Origin: Haliotis rubra | Taxonomy: Eukaryota | Reading direction: 5' to 3' | Assembly: GCF_003918875.1 (NCBI RefSeq) | Contig: NW_025766248.1 | Location: forward strand, 1-64,000 | DNA length: 64,000 nucleotides | Part shown: positions 63,051 to 64,000 of the stretch, piece by piece | How the letters are laid out: each line of letters begins with the position of its first letter | Position numbering within the stretch: position 1 is the first letter of the stretch | Position numbers and translations under genes: made by a program | The notes under the pieces: model-generated | The model's input: the letters and a program-made list of their open reading frames with translations, nothing else | Databases searched by the model: none | Told to the model about the DNA's origin: nothing

Positions 63051-64000
63051 ACTAACGTTTTCGTTATAGCGACGTGTAAAATTTAAGACGTTTTGCATTT
63101 GAAGACAAGGCATGAAATGACAATACTCGACATTTATAGCCATCCATATCCCGTTCTCCACAATAGTTGGCACATTGACAGTCATCCAAGGATCATAATC
63201 AGCGCGAATCCAGGAGTCGAACCACGGCCATAGGTTCCTGGAGTGATTAGACACCCAAATCAGTACAGCGAAATGCGGTGCTTTAACCGACTTCCCAACC
63301 ACGGCCGCTATTAATATTTGAACAGACTGTACGGCCGTAATGTTAGAATTCTAAACGCATTTAAAGAAAATGTACGATTTTGGTTTTTGGGGGGTTCTTT
63401 AGACATTACCAAAGACTGATAGGTGAAAATGTTTTGCACAGCGTGTGTTGTTGTTTTTCAAATATGATTTTCTTAGTTGATAAATGATAACTGTAACCTT
63501 TCGTGGTAGGAATTTATGTCATTATTGAGAAAAAGGTCTGATTTTGTAACTCAATTATACGCGAACGTTTTACATTCCAATGGTGCTTGCTAGAGCCCAC
63601 ACACCCAGAGATATACACGGAGCCCAGTCACGATTCTTCTGTATCCTTATCCTATCTTTATCATCCGAAATAGCATGTTATCTGACTAAAGGGCAGAACT
63701 CGTATATCTACAGATTCGTTAATGGCCTGCTTCTGAAGATACTCGCCCGGAATGCTCGTACAGGGCAGCTGACTCTGACATCAATGGCAATCCAAGGTAT
63801 TTGGATTTCCGCACTAGTCATTCACAGACTGTCCACTATAGATGATAAAGGGACCACTCCTGTTGATTACACTGACCTCTCTAATCAGAGAAAGGTCACC
63901 ATAAGGTTTACTCAGCGATCGATGTCACCACATGGACCGGAATAACAGCCTTGACCTTGAATTACGCCTCGCAGTGTTTAAAGGGTGAGTCTATGGTGCT

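Noticed and set aside
61492-63302. ORFs of 71-154 aa in the satellite
   Set aside because: Artefacts of the 68-bp repeat; the period is not a multiple of 3 and frames cycle.

Overview
Eukaryotic (metazoan) genomic DNA with spliceosomal introns, SINEs, MITEs and Tc1 remnants. The SINE types look molluscan, possibly abalone-like, but that is an inference. The first 36 kb are dominated by a near-identical head-to-tail array of about 5.38-kb units (~3427-36060, about 6 copies plus ragged ends). The ORF track hides that each unit carries a compact 9-exon gene. Manual GT-AG splicing of copy 1 gives an uninterrupted 453-aa protein with an N-terminal F-BAR-like helical domain and a C-terminal SH3 domain. 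It resembles a highly divergent PACSIN/syndapin whose canonical binding residues appear rewired: a basic SH3, no NPF motifs and an altered wedge loop. As assembled, only copy 1 is intact; copies 2-6 each have 1-2 bp frameshifts that may be real or may be sequencing errors. Each unit also has a G-rich spacer, a four-monomer A-B-A-B internal sub-repeat and a palindromic CRE just upstream of the ATG. The remaining ~28 kb has no confidently identifiable host gene. It contains two SINE families sharing a 3' tail, two Tc1 transposase remnants, a ~130-bp foldback, small tandem repeats, and a 68-bp satellite that appears to have expanded inside a pogo/Tigger-like MITE.
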